A stretch of 63,595 nucleotides of DNA, filler included, from Rhabdomonas costata (GCA_019059605.1; 38 parts of 38 records of this genome joined end to end with filler, not necessarily neighbours in it); one strand, 5' to 3'; positions 36,888 through 50,173 are shown, numbered from the whole stretch's first letter. Made by a program: numbers and translations. Notes: generated by a model from the letters alone, not told the origin.

Positions 36888-37025
36888 GTACTGGGGTTGT
36901 AGTGTACTGGGGTTGTAGTGTACTGGGGTTGTAGTGTACTGGGGTTGTAGTGTACTGGGGTTGTGGTGTACTGGGGTTGTAGTGTACTGGGGTTGTAGTG
37001 TACTGGGGTTGTAGTGTAATGGGGT
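36888..37025. repeat. 16-bp minisatellite (GTACTGGGGTTGTAGT), at least 8.6 copies, truncated by the contig start
   Basis: Direct reading; one A>G variant copy and a degenerate last copy. Confidence 0.97.
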
Positions 37026-38590
37026 AAGGAAAACTTTGCCAGTGCTGCACTATATGAGCAGCTAAAAATGTGCTGGCTAAGGTAGCCTCTTGCTGGGTTA
37101 TCGGCGTAGGAGTAGGGCAGCATTCGTTTTGGGGCGAAGGCAGACGACCCCCTTTTGAGCCCCCCACGTGACGCCTTCCCTTCCCTTCCTGCAAAAGACA
37201 CCAGGCCGTTTTCGAAGGCACGAAGCACTATCCCAGGTGTCAAATAGTCAGCAGGAATCGGTGGGGAATCGGGGGAGGAGGTGTGGGGAGGGTTATACAC
37301 ACCGGAACGAAAGAGTATGGCAGGGAAGCTGCCTTCCTCACAGAAAGGGCAGCAAGAATGCCGGCCTGTGCGCGCGGTAAGACCGAAGAGGGAGGAAAGG
37401 TTCCGCTCCAGAGTAGAGGTTGCGGTGAAGCGTTTTCTTTTGTTTTTTTCCTCGGATTTGCTGAGATAAAACATACCCAAGCACTGATGAGCAGCACCGC
37501 CGCCGTGACAGAGGCACCCTGGAAAGGACCCCCCGTCCACCTCAACAACAGGTCGCTGCGCGAAAACGTTTCCCTTTGCACAGGCACTGCGAAACCCAAT
37601 GATTTTTTTTCGTCTGACCCATCCCTCCTCCACACTCTGCTTCCCTTCCGGGGGGTTCAAATTCACGGAAAAACGCTATCATACACAGTCAAGTTGGAAA
37701 GACGGAGAATCAAAGTTGAAAAGGCAGTGGGAAAGGTTCGAGTGCGTGTGTGTGTGTGTTGGGAGTTGTGGGAAAGGGGGAAAGGCGATTTTGAAGCGAA
37801 GCCAGACGAAGGTCTTCGCGAGGCTCCAAACACATTCTTTTTCGGAACATCATACTTCCCATCTCCATCCTGTCCAAAGCACCTAAAAACCATTCTCTCT
37901 CTCTCTGTGAGCGGTTGGGGTGGGGGGTGAACGCGACGAGTAAGCATGAAAACATGAACACATGTGTCAAAGCGTGTTTGTGTACTGTGGACCGAAACAC
38001 ACGATCTAGTGTGCCTGCCGAAGCCAGCATCAAAAGAAGTCAATGCCTGGAACCGAACGGAGCGGATCTTTATATCCTCTCATCTCCAGACCTCTGACAA
38101 ACTTGAGCCTTTACAGAGTTCTCTTTCGGCACCTGAATCTGATCATCACATTTTCACACAACAAGCTTACACACACACTCCCGGCGTGAAAAGGCATACC
38201 CAAGGTAAACCAGCACCCCCCTCCCTCCCGCTTATCAACATCCAACCTTGTATTCAACTTTCCATTCCACACACCATCTCCATTCTCCTAGAAACCCATC
38301 CCGTTCCCTCACCTTCCATTTATTTCACATTGACCCTCAGCCCCCCAAAACCTCATCGGTTCCCTACTTCTTATCGATAAGCCCTTCCGCCCAAAGCACT
38401 CAAACTCGCACCCAAATTCACCCCTCCACACACACACACTCTCTCTCTCCATCCCCCAAAACCNNNNNNNNNNNNNNNNNNNNNNNNNNNNNNNNNNNNN
38501 NNNNNNNTTAATTAATTAANNNNNNNNNNNNNNNNNNNNNNNNNNNNNNNNNNNNNNNNNNNNGTTTTGCGGTACTAGTTCCAATTGCCA

Positions 38591-39592
38591 ATGTCTGCGA
38601 AACGACCCCGCCTAATGGGCTGGGCCCTTGCGATGCTTGTGCTACTTGTGCATTCCGGACTGGTGCTCGGTGGGCAGCCCTCCAAGCTGCGGCGTTTCAG
38701 CCACTATGCGAGGACACCAGAGGGTTTTGAGGTGTTGACGAGGTTCTCAGGCGCCCACCGCCGTCACATCCGAGTCGTGGCAGGGTCACCTGCGGGTATT
38801 TCCCTCCATTCTCTGGGTTTCGGAGATGATTTTTTGGGGTGGGTGAGGGCGGTCTTGCACGGTCACATTCATACTTTCGTGGACAGGTTTTGGCGAATCT
38901 CCCGATTTCGGCTTCTTTTGCGCTGAGTCTGTTCGGCGTCTTTTTTGCAATTCGCATGCCGAGGGCAACGATTCCATGTATTTAAGGATAGTGATGAAGT
39001 TGCTTCAGTCTGCAGTTCGGTGCCGCTTGTTTTCCTATTTTTTTTCGGTCTTGTGCCTGGCTTTTTGGGCGTTTTTACGCCCCCCCCCCCTACAAGGTCA
39101 AGGTCATGTACCTGTTGTGGTGTCCTTGCGGGGAGCCCGCCTTTCCACTCCTTTCTCCGCTCAGAGCAACAGTCCGATGGTGGCATCTCCCAGGAGAAAG
39201 CTTCACCCGCGATGGCCTCCTCTGTGGTTGCGACTCAACCGCACTTCACGGTGAAGCCCTCGTCCACGGGTTTGCCACGTGCCGAAACAGCTGCCGTTTC
39301 CTTGTTTTCGATTCAGCTGCATTCACATTGTTGCAAGCGGACTTTGGACTTTGTTGTCATCATCCTTCGGGTGTCCTGAGTACGGCTTGAAAACCCTTTG
39401 AGTTCGCTAGTCCAAGGGCGCAGTGAAATCCGAGTTGGGGCTTCTTTAGCTCGTTGCCGTGTTGTGCTCATTCGTGTGCAGGCACTTGCGGGAACAGCTC
39501 CTGGTCTGTTATGTGCCCCATGGGCTACGGGAGGCTGCTTCCGCAGACGAGCTGCGCCTCTAGCTTGTGCACCCAGCGCGAGTGCTGCCAAC
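38591..39592 (+). CDS. Secreted protein with a 6-Cys repeat, exons 1-3
   Basis: Signal peptide MGWALAMLVLLVHSGLVLG; exons 38591-38838, 39165-39250, 39482-39592 (TCGNSSWSVMCPMGYGRLLPQTSCASSLCTQRECCQ) are phase-consistent. Confidence 0.7.
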
Positions 39593-40283
39593 GTATATTG
39601 ACACTGTGTCTCCTTTCCCTCTTCCAGCCCAGTGAAAAGTAGTGACTTTTGATGGAATGGGGTTCTATAGCAGCCTACACCGTTAAATATGAGTTTTTCA
39701 CGGCACTGTACAGGATGCCGCGACAAAGCAGTGCACCACCGTAAGCTGAAAAGACTATTCAAAAAAGTTTCGCAAATTGGATTGATTGAAAACATATGAC
39801 CGCAACAAAAGCAGACCTTCGTGAAGGAGTCAAATCTGCGAAAACCGGCTTCTATTTGCGCAATTAAGTCTGTTCACTGTGGAAGATATCATTGAGCGGG
39901 GCCTCATGAAACTGGCAATGCCAAATATCCATTGCCCAAAGTTGCTGCCCCGCTCTGGTGGCCGGTTCAAGGTTCCTCGCCCTTGCTCATCCCCAGGGTA
40001 AGTCATAACGTTGGACCAACAAATGACGGACCCCTGTCTTTTAATTATTCGAATGCGCACACTGTTCATAACGATTGGCATTTCTGTGCTTGGCTCGCAA
40101 CGCTGTACACTTGGGTCACTCTCAATACCACACCCCACCNNNNNNNNNNNNNNNNNNNNNNNNNNNNNNNNNNNNNNNNNNNNTTAATTAATTAANNNNN
40201 NNNNNNNNNNNNNNNNNNNNNNNNNNNNNNNNNNNNNNNGTGGGAGGGTGGAACTGAGGCCTGAAAACCACGGGCCACCATAC

Positions 40284-41730
40284 TTGGCACTTCCACGTTG
40301 ACGGTGACTAGCTTCTCCACGATTCTTTCCACCGGGATCTCAATGAAGTGCTCTGCCGGTACCGTCACCACCCGTTCAATGGTCCGTTCCACAGGAACCT
40401 ACCCGATGGAATGCGTTTGAAGCGGCAAAAGAGCAACAAAAGTGGTAAAGTTAAATGCACGTATGTGTTTGCGTACCAGTCCGGTGTGGGCGGAGTGGGT
40501 GCGTGCGTGCGTGGATATGAGGGTGGGAGCTGCGGTGTGTACTGACTCTAAAAAAAGACGCATGAATGTGTCCAGAACAAAAAGACTGAGACGACCAACT
40601 GATACGAAGTGTGAGCGCGTCTGATATGAGGGGAGAGGGCTGCCGACCATTCACGGCGTTGGGTTTACTGAGAAGAGGTTTTGTCAGCTCCCCCCCCCCG
40701 CTCGCCCACACCTCAATGTTGTTGATCTGGGGGACAGTGACGACCTTTTCCACCAGCCTCACCACCGGGACCTCAATCACGTGCTCTTGCGGAACGGTCA
40801 CAATCTTCTCCACGAGCTGAGAAAGAGAGTGTGTAGGGAGGATGTGAGGCCAATTAGTGGAGTTGGATGGCAAACAACTGCATACACGACCCACGTAAAA
40901 TGCACACGCATCCAAACTCTTCTTCAAATTTCGCTGAGCCACAGCGCAAACGGCAGCACGCACAAAAAAGGATCGCACCCGCTCGATGCCGATCTCCCGA
41001 ACCTGCAGCGCCTCTACCGTGACCACCCGCTCAATGACCTAAACAGAAGAAAAATCGAGTGGGTGGGGGGCACCGCAAGAATAGGGCGAATGAGAGTTTA
41101 TATACAGAAGGAGAAGGAGATGGGCAGGTGGAGCGAACGGGTTATCCCTCCCTTGTGCAGATGGTGCAGTAGATAGATATGCACCTCCATCCTCCACCCA
41201 AACCAAAGGCTGCGTTTGCGCACACGGGCGCCACACCAGCACAAATGTTTCGGAGGTTTCCAAAATCCAGATAAACACTGGCAAAAAAATTCCCTCTGGT
41301 TGATGAGTCGATCAAAATAGGGTTTTACGGGTTTGGAGTAGGTTTTTTGAAGAACAGCGTCTCGACTTGCTCGAATCGAGTATTCAGCGCATGAATAAAA
41401 AACACATCCGGGCTCGAGCTACAGAAAGTCACGGCACAGATTTTTGTGAAGTCAGTCACCCAAACCAGAATCATCGAAGGGAGCTCGGGAGGGCATAACC
41501 TTCTCCACGGGCACCTCTCGGGTGTGAGTCACGGGCACCGAGACGATCCGTTCGACGGGCACGGAGACCTCGCGGACCTCCGGGACCTTCATCACCCGCT
41601 CGACAACCTTCTCCACGACCACCTCCCTCTCCGTCAGCTGCGGGACGGTCACGACCTTCTCCACGAGATGCTCCACCGGGACCTCCACCATCCGCACTTC
41701 AGGTACAGGCACGATCTTCTCCACAACAAC
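40284..41730 (-). CDS. Articulin/epiplastin-type VPV-repeat membrane-skeleton protein, four exons
   Basis: Exons 41730-41500, 41038-40979, 40816-40712, 40398-40284; VEKIVPVPEVRMVEVPVEHLVEKVVTVPQ... repeats rich in V, E, P, K; phase-0 GT-AG introns. Confidence 0.92.
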
Positions 41731-41731
41731 C

Positions 41732-41768
<37 letters not shown>

Positions 41769-44679
41769 GTCCAGAAACCCCACCTGTTGAAACGAATAAC
41801 CTAACCCCCGAGGAGNNNNNNNNNNNNNNNNNNNNNNNNNNNNNNNNNNNNNNNNNNNNTTAATTAATTAANNNNNNNNNNNNNNNNNNNNNNNNNNNNN
41901 NNNNNNNNNNNNNNNTGTGTGGTGTGACGGGTTGGAGCTCATATTTGGTGGTATGGTAGTACTCCTGAGATGAGTTGGTTGGCTGTTTCCCGGCCTCGGA
42001 GTCCTTCTCTACGCCGAGATATGGCCCCTTCAAGGTCCCATTTGGCCCTTTTAAGGGCATTTTCGACTTAGAAAATTTTCAAGGGCCCGGGGTGCACTTT
42101 ATGGTCCTTTGCGCTTTGCAGGTTTGCATGCTGAGCCTAAGCTTTCGGCCGTGCCTGCTTAGCATACCTAAGGGCACCAGAGTGGGGCCGAAATGCTTCT
42201 GTTTAGAGCCACGCTAGAAGCCATTTAAGGGCCAGTTTGGGGTATTTTTGAGCCCTTTTTGCCTTTCCACAGGCTTGCAAGGGCCGTTTTTGGCCCTTTT
42301 GCAGGCCTGCATACTGATAAGAGAAAGAACTGTAGGCTGGCGCACCGTCCGCCCACCTGCACGCGGTGTGCCAGCAACGATTTTTGGTGTTGTTATTGGT
42401 GTTATTTATTATTGGTATTTGTATTCGTTGCCGGATGGATGGGTTGTTGTATGATGGGTTTCCCATAATGGTGCGACGCTGTGGTGGCTGATGACCCCCC
42501 TGCGCAGCACTGGCTGATGTCGTGTTGGTGGTGTTGCCCGAAAGCATTTATTACTCGTTGTCGCTGTGCCTGTGCGGGTAACTTCCTGCTTCAAAAAGGA
42601 GAGAGGCGTGTGCAGTTCTGCGGGGTGGCTGTGGGGTGGATGGCCGCTACAGCGCGGGGCCCCCCGCAAAACGGAACCAGACAGTGAAACAAGGGAGGGA
42701 GTAAGTGCGGGGTCAAAGAACACGGCACACCATTTGACTCTCTCGTTGTTTGCTGCTCGCAGTGTGCGGAGGGTTGTTAAACGTTTTCAGAGAAGGAGTG
42801 GTGTGTTTGTGTGTGTGCGCGTGTTTTAAGTGAGGGGAGTGGGGTGCAACAATGGCTCAGTGGGATCACCCTTCGCCTTCGTATTTTCTCTCCCTTTCCT
42901 TTCGGTCTACCGAAATGTAGGGGACGGGCATAGGTGTCCCTTCTCCGCCTCTCTTTTTTTCCCTTTCCTGTGCACTTCCCCTCCAGACCCCAATTCCCCC
43001 GTTCAAGTGGTTTGGAAGGTATTCTCTTCGGCAATTCATTGGTTCAGAATATCGCTGTGGGTACCAGTGTACATGTTCGGGGGGTGTCTTTTTTCTTCCA
43101 CCCAAGTACACGATTCTGTTGCACTGTCTACCGCTACCGCTACCACCACCACCACCACCACCATTTTCCCCACCAGTCTCACCCTCCTTAGCCCTTTGCT
43201 GCAGCGCCTTTGCGTGGGCCCTCTCTCAGATATCTTTTTTCTCTGGTGTTCCGCTGGAAAGAAAAAAGGCCGCAGGCCCTGGGAAAGAGACGGACCCGTC
43301 AACCCATGAAAGGCAGTGAGACATTTATGTGGAGTTGGCCCGCAGACAGCCGTTGGTGTAGCACCAAGGTCGGGAAGTTTTTTTCCATCGCGGTTTGTCA
43401 CGAGAAGTGGGCAATACGATTGCTGGAGAAACTTTTGAATAGGAGGTCTGTTCTCAGTGGTGGTTTAGTGACTGAGGTGAAGTCAGCCCAANNNNNNNNN
43501 NNNNNNNNNNNNNNNNNNNNNNNNNNNNNNNNNNNTTAATTAATTAANNNNNNNNNNNNNNNNNNNNNNNNNNNNNNNNNNNNNNNNNNNNTACTCCGTC
43601 TTTGCGTGGAGGTAATAATTCCGCTTCGTCCTCACTTGATTCCTCGTCTCTCGCACGCTTTCCGCGGGTTATTCCCGTACGGCTCCCCGGGTTGCCGTCT
43701 ATGTTTTGCGCTTCCGCGGAAGGTCCCGGACCCTCACTTGTCTCACTACAGTCGCCGATTTCCTCTTCCGCCTCTTTCTGCGAGTGCTTCGGCGATCTGC
43801 GCTTGATTTCGTTGTAGTGTCCGGGTCCTTCGGGTTCCCAGTGGTCGTCGGGGCTCGTCTGCGCGCCCGCGCGCGCGCGCGCGTGTGTGTGTATGTGTGT
43901 GGTGGGCTGGTGATGGTTGTTAGTGGTGGAACCGATCTCTACGCAAACAGCGGGGAATTGCTGAGCAGGGTTCACCCAAATGCAGCACACCAAGCGCCTT
44001 TATGCGGATCCCACCACGTGTGTCCGCGCATCCCCGCCCCACCTTCGCCAAGAGAACCACAGATTTGGCTGTGGTCGATGATGCCCGCCACTCCCCAATA
44101 AAAACCACAGCGCTGCATTTGAGGTGAGGGATTCACGTGGCGGGGTGGGGGTGCAGGCCAATGGACAGCAAATTGTTTCCCAATTCATAATACACGCACT
44201 GTTTGCAAGTAATTGCCAAACTTTTTCCCTCTAAACACCCTGCTCCACAGTTCCCCTTGTCCCCTTCCCCTTTTTGCTCTTGTTTCTGGGGAATTTCTCC
44301 TGATGGTGTGTGGTGGGCCTTCGGTTCTTCCATCCACCAATACTCTTTCTGAGACGCCAACTTTCCGCGTGCTCGATTCCTGAGTGCCGGTCAGTCTTCT
44401 TCTGTGCGGGAATTGTTCAAATACCTTGGGTGGTCGGGTCTCCCGCTCTCCTCGCCAGGGCCTTAGCGTCCGTTGCCTTCCTCTGCTTCTCATTTAAATC
44501 TCCTCTGCCAGCGCCGCTTTGTGTCTATACCCGATGGCGATGTTGATGGCGATGTCGATGTCCATACAATCTTTTCCTCACTCCTTCCACTGCTTGGCTC
44601 CTTCGTGCGACAGTCGCATTAGCCTACAAACAAATAGAGTGCATATGTGATCGAAATCACGTGAGCATCAACCACGCAC

Positions 44680-44917
44680 CATGACGCAGTCACCAATGTA
44701 CTTGTCCACTGTGCCGCGGTTGTCCGCGACGGCCTGCGAGACCCCGTCGAAGAAATCCGTGAGAATCCCCAGCAGGGTCTGTATGTTCGTCGACTCGCAC
44801 AGCGTGGTGAAGCTGACGACGTCACAGAACAGCACGGTGAGCTCGCGGCACTCCATGTGCATCCCGGTGTGCTGGCGGTCCGCTATGAGGTCCCGCAGCA
44901 AAGCCAGGGGGACGTAC
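44680..44917 (-). CDS. Class III adenylate/guanylate cyclase catalytic-domain exon
   Basis: RYVP...RELTVLFCDVVSFTTLCE...GTVDKYIGDCVM; both metal-binding Asp present; Lys in DKYIGD suggests ATP specificity. Confidence 0.95.
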
Positions 44918-45267
44918 CTACGGGAGGCAAGGCGCATATTCGATATTCGAATTCGATGAACGGCGGGCTAAGCCGCAAACTTTGAACTGCGCCCTGGGGT
45001 CTTACAGGCCTATAACTATCTACTACAAATGGCACAGCGCATGTCCAATGCTCCAAACATTCCATTACAGGATAAAGAAGCACGACCTAATCAATGCAAA
45101 TGCCTTGAACAACCCATAACCCCGAAGCCATTACGCCACTGCTTTATACAGATTTTGGCTCACCCACNNNNNNNNNNNNNNNNNNNNNNNNNNNNNNNNN
45201 NNNNNNNNNNNTTAATTAATTAANNNNNNNNNNNNNNNNNNNNNNNNNNNNNNNNNNNNNNNNNNNN

Positions 45268-46079
45268 GGTGGTTGGTGGAGTCACAGGGCTTGTACTCAA
45301 AGTTTGTCGGGTGGCCAGACGGGCGTGTGGGGACCTTTTGTGGGACACACCGGGCACAACCTACTGCTTCGCCCACGAGCAGAGGCGAAAAAAATGCGGC
45401 AGAACAAGTTCCCAGCCATTCATGATTTGCTTCGAAAAAGAACCCCAGCATTGCAACACCAACCGTCCTTGGTGTGTGCGTCAGAGTGCATCCCGATAAA
45501 GTGTGGTCAGAAGGACTAGACGGGAGAGGGGAGGGGGAATGGCGGGCGAGTGCACCCGAATGGCGGCTTCGCGGTTGTCAAACCCTGAGCAGGTGAGGAA
45601 ATAAGCGCTGGGAAAAATCGCTTGCACGAAGCAAGAAGCACAAGAAGCACACACGAACGCACGTGCGCAGACCCATGAAAGAGTCACTTCTGCTCACGCA
45701 GCTGCTGTAGAGATGGTTGCCTCTGCACTGCTCTGTTTTCCCTGCTGTTCCCGCGCTGTCCTGTGTTGCTGCGTCGATCCCTGCAGCGTGGACTGAAGTA
45801 AAAAAATGGAACCTGAGAATACACGCTCAAACACTCACACAACATTCCTGTGTTTACCTTCACACCGACCCACCCACTCACCCACACAAAAACACGCACG
45901 CAGATGCAAAACCTACCCACACGCAGGTATGCACGCACCCCAGCAGTGCGCGGCCCCTGCCCAGCAGTTGGGTACCAGCCTGCGGTAGGAGTTGGGACTC
46001 GCCGCGGTGAGGGCGAGCAGAGCGGGGAGGTGGTGGAGCACCCCTCCCAGGAAGTGCAGGCCAAGCTCGGACACCCCAC
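45268..46079 (-). CDS. Type I glutamine synthetase-like (gamma-glutamyl ligase) catalytic domain, three exons
   Basis: Exons 46079-45939 (SELGLHFLGGVLHHLPALLALTAASPNSYRRLVPNCWAG...CW), 45584-45556 (GFDNREAAIR), 45334-45268 (VPTRPSGHPTNFEYKPCDST). Confidence 0.92.
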
Positions 46080-47777
46080 CTTTGAAGAACAACAGAAACC
46101 AAAACAGCGACAGGGAAACACACACACACACACAAAGTGCCTTGGCGCGGTGTGCTGTGGTGTGCCCTTGTGCCGCGTTGATCTGCACACCTGTTTAGGT
46201 GTTTTTGGCGCGTTGACGGTGCTGCTGATCGTGCTGAACCGGGTTGAGGGCTTGCGCCGTGCCCATCCACACACACACACACAAACAGAGGAATGTGTGC
46301 TCCAGTGGGAAATCCCATGCATGCCGACCTCCCACATCGTATGCAGAAGCAGTCCGCAAAAACCAGCCTGCCTCCGAAAAAGTGCAAACTACGATACTCA
46401 TGCATCAGCCGCGAATGCGGCAGCTGCACCCAGAGCAAACAGCCCAGTACCCTGAGCGGGACCTTCGGATTACAGTGGATAGTGAAACATATACACAAAG
46501 AGAGAGAGAGAGAGAGAGCGTCATTTGTGCACTTAACGGTTGCTTCGACAAGACAGCACAAGTGCCTTCAGTGGGATGCAAAGAATACGACAGAAACGCC
46601 GAGAGCTAGCAAAAACTTAACCCTCCCTTCTGAGGACGGATGATGCATCTGGAGAAAGAGCACGGCAGTGGAATGCAGCCAATGAGAGACACGAAGGGTG
46701 GGTGGGAAAGCTGTTGGAAGTGGAAAGGAGGGTGTGTAGCTGACACAGGCCAGCAGGCAAAACGTAATGGAGTGACGGTGGAACAGAAACAGTCAGTGCG
46801 CTGCACCAGGAGGAAGACATCCCGTCTCACATCACAACCACACNNNNNNNNNNNNNNNNNNNNNNNNNNNNNNNNNNNNNNNNNNNNTTAATTAATTAAN
46901 NNNNNNNNNNNNNNNNNNNNNNNNNNNNNNNNNNNNNNNNNNNGTTGGTGGTGGGGGATCGATATGAAAACGTTCATTATTCTAGGGATCGAATTAATTA
47001 ATTCATTTTTGGTCAGCGCGCGATTATAGCGCTACGAATGTGACAACTGTGTCCATCCCCTTTTACATTCCAGTTCTCCGCGAAAGTGTGCGAAACAATT
47101 CATACCATTTGGTTCAGAGTGGTGGCTTAGTCAAGCCGAATCTTTTCGAAAATGTGTTCCTCGAGTTGGCTTCGCCGACGCTATTTTTCCATCCTTTTTC
47201 TTACAGAATTTTACTTTTCTCTTGTTGCATTGCTGAAGATGGCCAGATATCACAATGGTGCTTGTCCTCTTTTTCTTCTTCATGCGTGTACGCGAGGGGT
47301 GCGTATGTGCGCGTGAGCTCAATTACTCAAATTCATGCAAAGGAATGTGGCTAGACGAAGTGGGATAAAAGTGAGAAGATTAAGAAGAAAGAAGAGGATC
47401 ACTCATTTCTCTTTGATCAGTCATACTTTGCCACACCTTTTAATTATGGGAACTTTCTTAGAATTCGAAGCTGTTTGGAATTTGCACTGTTGTTTCCGAA
47501 AGCTATATTTCCCATTCCGCCCAGCGCGATTCTCAGTGCCATTGACACTCTTTCATCTCATCTCATTTCCCCTCGAACTCCCTATCCGGCGCTGTTATGA
47601 AACTTTCCCTGTTGTTGCCAATGTTGCAGCGAGATCGAGCAAATAGCCGGTCCCCCGCGAGTCACCTGTGAACACCAAAAGTATTTAGGAATGATGAATG
47701 AGCAAGAAAGTTTAAGTGATCACAAAAGAATTTTCTTGTCTATGGGTTGAGCTTTCTTGTCTTCCACACATACCCAG

Positions 47778-48498
47778 CCGAAGCCCGTGGTGAAGTCCAC
47801 TGTGAAGCGGGTGGTCACCAGAGAGCAAGGTATGGCTTCGTTTTTCCTCAATAGAGGCATTTGTTGGACGTTTATTGTTGGTCACCGCAGTCGTTTTAGG
47901 CACTCCGCCGTCGCTGCTTTGTATTTTGAGCTATGGCGTGAGTCCTTTTTGTTCTTCTCGGCTCCAGTTTCACGTTTTCTGCTGTGCTTGCTGTCTGCGT
48001 TGATAGCTGCGCAGGAGGCTGCCGCCATCCGTCGCCCGCCCTTGAAGAAGGCCAAGACTGTTGGGATAAGTGAGAGTCCAGCAACCGTTCTGCAGCCGGA
48101 GGGTATTTCTATTTATGGTTTCACTTCTGTATCGCTTCATTATGGATCTTGAACCTGCAGCAACTATGATGAGTGCAGCTTGCCTTTCAAAGGCAGCAGG
48201 TACTCGATTGTGTAAGGGAACAGAAGATATCTGTTTGAGTGCGCAGTATTGTGCTTCAGGGCACCGCCTTTTGATGTTTCCAGCATCTCGCCATCATTTA
48301 TTTAACTCTGGTGCACACGAGAGAATGGGTCGCATACCGAAGTGAGATTCTTGAATTCAGGCACGACCACAGCTCTTCAGTGCAGTGCGGAACTTCGGAC
48401 GCTGTTCTGCCTACCTGTTTGATTTTGTCTCTGTCACAGCTGCCAATGACGCCACGGCGCTCTCGGACCCCGCCTTTCGGACAATTAAGGTTGCCCAG
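47778..48498 (+). CDS. Hypothetical protein, three short exons
   Basis: Exons 47778-47829, 48007-48069, 48440-48498 splice in frame: PKPVVKSTVKRVVTREQAAQEAAAIRRPPLKKAKTVGITANDATALSDPAFRTIKVAQ. Confidence 0.55.
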
Positions 48499-49350
48499 GT
48501 GGCCCCGCTGACAACAGCNNNNNNNNNNNNNNNNNNNNNNNNNNNNNNNNNNNNNNNNNNNNTTAATTAATTAANNNNNNNNNNNNNNNNNNNNNNNNNN
48601 NNNNNNNNNNNNNNNNNNGGTGGGGGGTAGTCTGGAAGTTGATCTCATTGGTGTTCGTCGTGACGAGCGGGATGGTCTGAAGGAAGCGGAGGGACTATTT
48701 CGACTGTATCACATCCGTCATTTTCTGATTTTCAGACACTATACGTTCCCTGGCTTAAGGATACCGTTCGAAGGTCGTTACAACGTGTAACAAAACTCTG
48801 CGATCATGTATGTTACCGGCGTTTTCTCATTTTTGGTCTTATCGAGGTTGTCTTTGTAAAAGGTGTCTTTTCCATGCAGGTCGTGGCCCAGATGCGGCGG
48901 GCCGCTTCCCCCCCCCCCGAGATTTAGACCATGTTGGTGCTGGAATAGTCAATTTGCGAGGCCCCAACATTGTCTTTTTTGGCGGGGGGGGGGGGCGCGG
49001 GCACTCCAACAGACTTTCACCCCCTGGAGAGAATTAAATGGGTCAACGTATTTGAATATAAAAACAGGTGATCACAGAGTTGGCTTTTGGTTTTTTGTTG
49101 TAAGCACTGGGGCTTATTGTATTTAAATTCCGTGGCTCGTTGGCTCAAGGATGACGCGATTGAGTGAGACTTAGTCCCATGTTCATGTACCTGACCGAAG
49201 GAGCTTCTGAAAACTGGAGCGATAGGGCGCGGGGACACAGATTATGCGTGAAGGCGTGAAGAGGTTGCACATACCTTTAATGGGAGTTGAAATGGAGTGC
49301 CACATTTTACAAAAAAAACAGTTGTGGGTGGGACGAAAATGGTCACGGGC

Positions 49351-50173
49351 CTGGCCCACAGGGTTCTCCAGGATCACGGTGACGCTCTTGGACTTGCCCA
49401 GCTCCGCTTGAATCAGCCCCAAGTCTTCCACCTCGGGCTCCAACGCGGTGAGGTGGAGCTGGTACCAGAACTCACCAACCTGAGTGGCAGAATGGCAGGA
49501 TCTCGCCACTCCATACCGAAAGTCTTTCGGAAACGGTACGAAAGAATCACTCCACTTGAATTTCCAGGAAACCCAATAGAGTTGTCAATAGAGTAGTCCT
49601 GTCCGAAGACGGATATCCTCAATTGCGATCGTCATCTCTCCAGAGCCCACTACATAAACAGAAAGACGCAAAAAAAAAAAGGAGCGAAGTAACCAAACCT
49701 CGTCGCTGATGAAGGAGACGGTCCCGTCCCAGGTGCCACTGCTGAAGGGTCGGAACATAAGCTGGTACAGCTTGCTCTGGCCGGGGTTCAGGGCGACCAC
49801 GGAATCCCCAACCAGGCCATCACCCACAAACTAAGTCCAGCAGACAGCACAGAGGCAATCCCCCTATGCCCACCCCTGGGCAAAGCTACAGCGTCGTGGT
49901 TCCTTTCGGATTTTGGGCTTGGGGTGCGTCTGCTAAACAAGCCATCGAAACGGAGCAGCGGCAGTAAATATAGCTCAGCTCAATATACACCTAGCCTGCT
50001 CACTGCCGCTGAAAAGCAATGACGGTAGCCCGCGCACCTGCACGGTGAATCGCACTGGGGTGTCTGCGGGGTTGGCAATCTCAATCTCCGCGGCGGCGGC
50101 CTTGCGGACGTGGGCCGAGATATCCAGGGAGGCCTCCGGAGGGGGCCGCGACACGTCCAAATTGATGACATAC
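49351..50173 (-). CDS. CFAP47: Cilia- and flagella-associated protein 47, C-terminal Ig-like region, three exons
   Basis: Exons 50173-50038, 49830-49699, 49479-~49351: IEIANP...YQLMFRPF...GTVSFISDEVGEFWYQLHLTA...AELGKS...LENP. Confidence 0.82.

Noticed and set aside
36888-37025. Telomeric repeat, or coding repeat (YNPSTLQPQYTTTPVH ORFs)
   Set aside because: Wrong strand polarity for a telomere; the unit is not a multiple of 3 and the ORFs arise only from lack of stops on the C/A strand
41916-42310. Cluster of AAGGGC/GCCCTT hairpins as transposon subterminal repeats
   Set aside because: No terminal inverted repeat, target-site duplication or second copy visible
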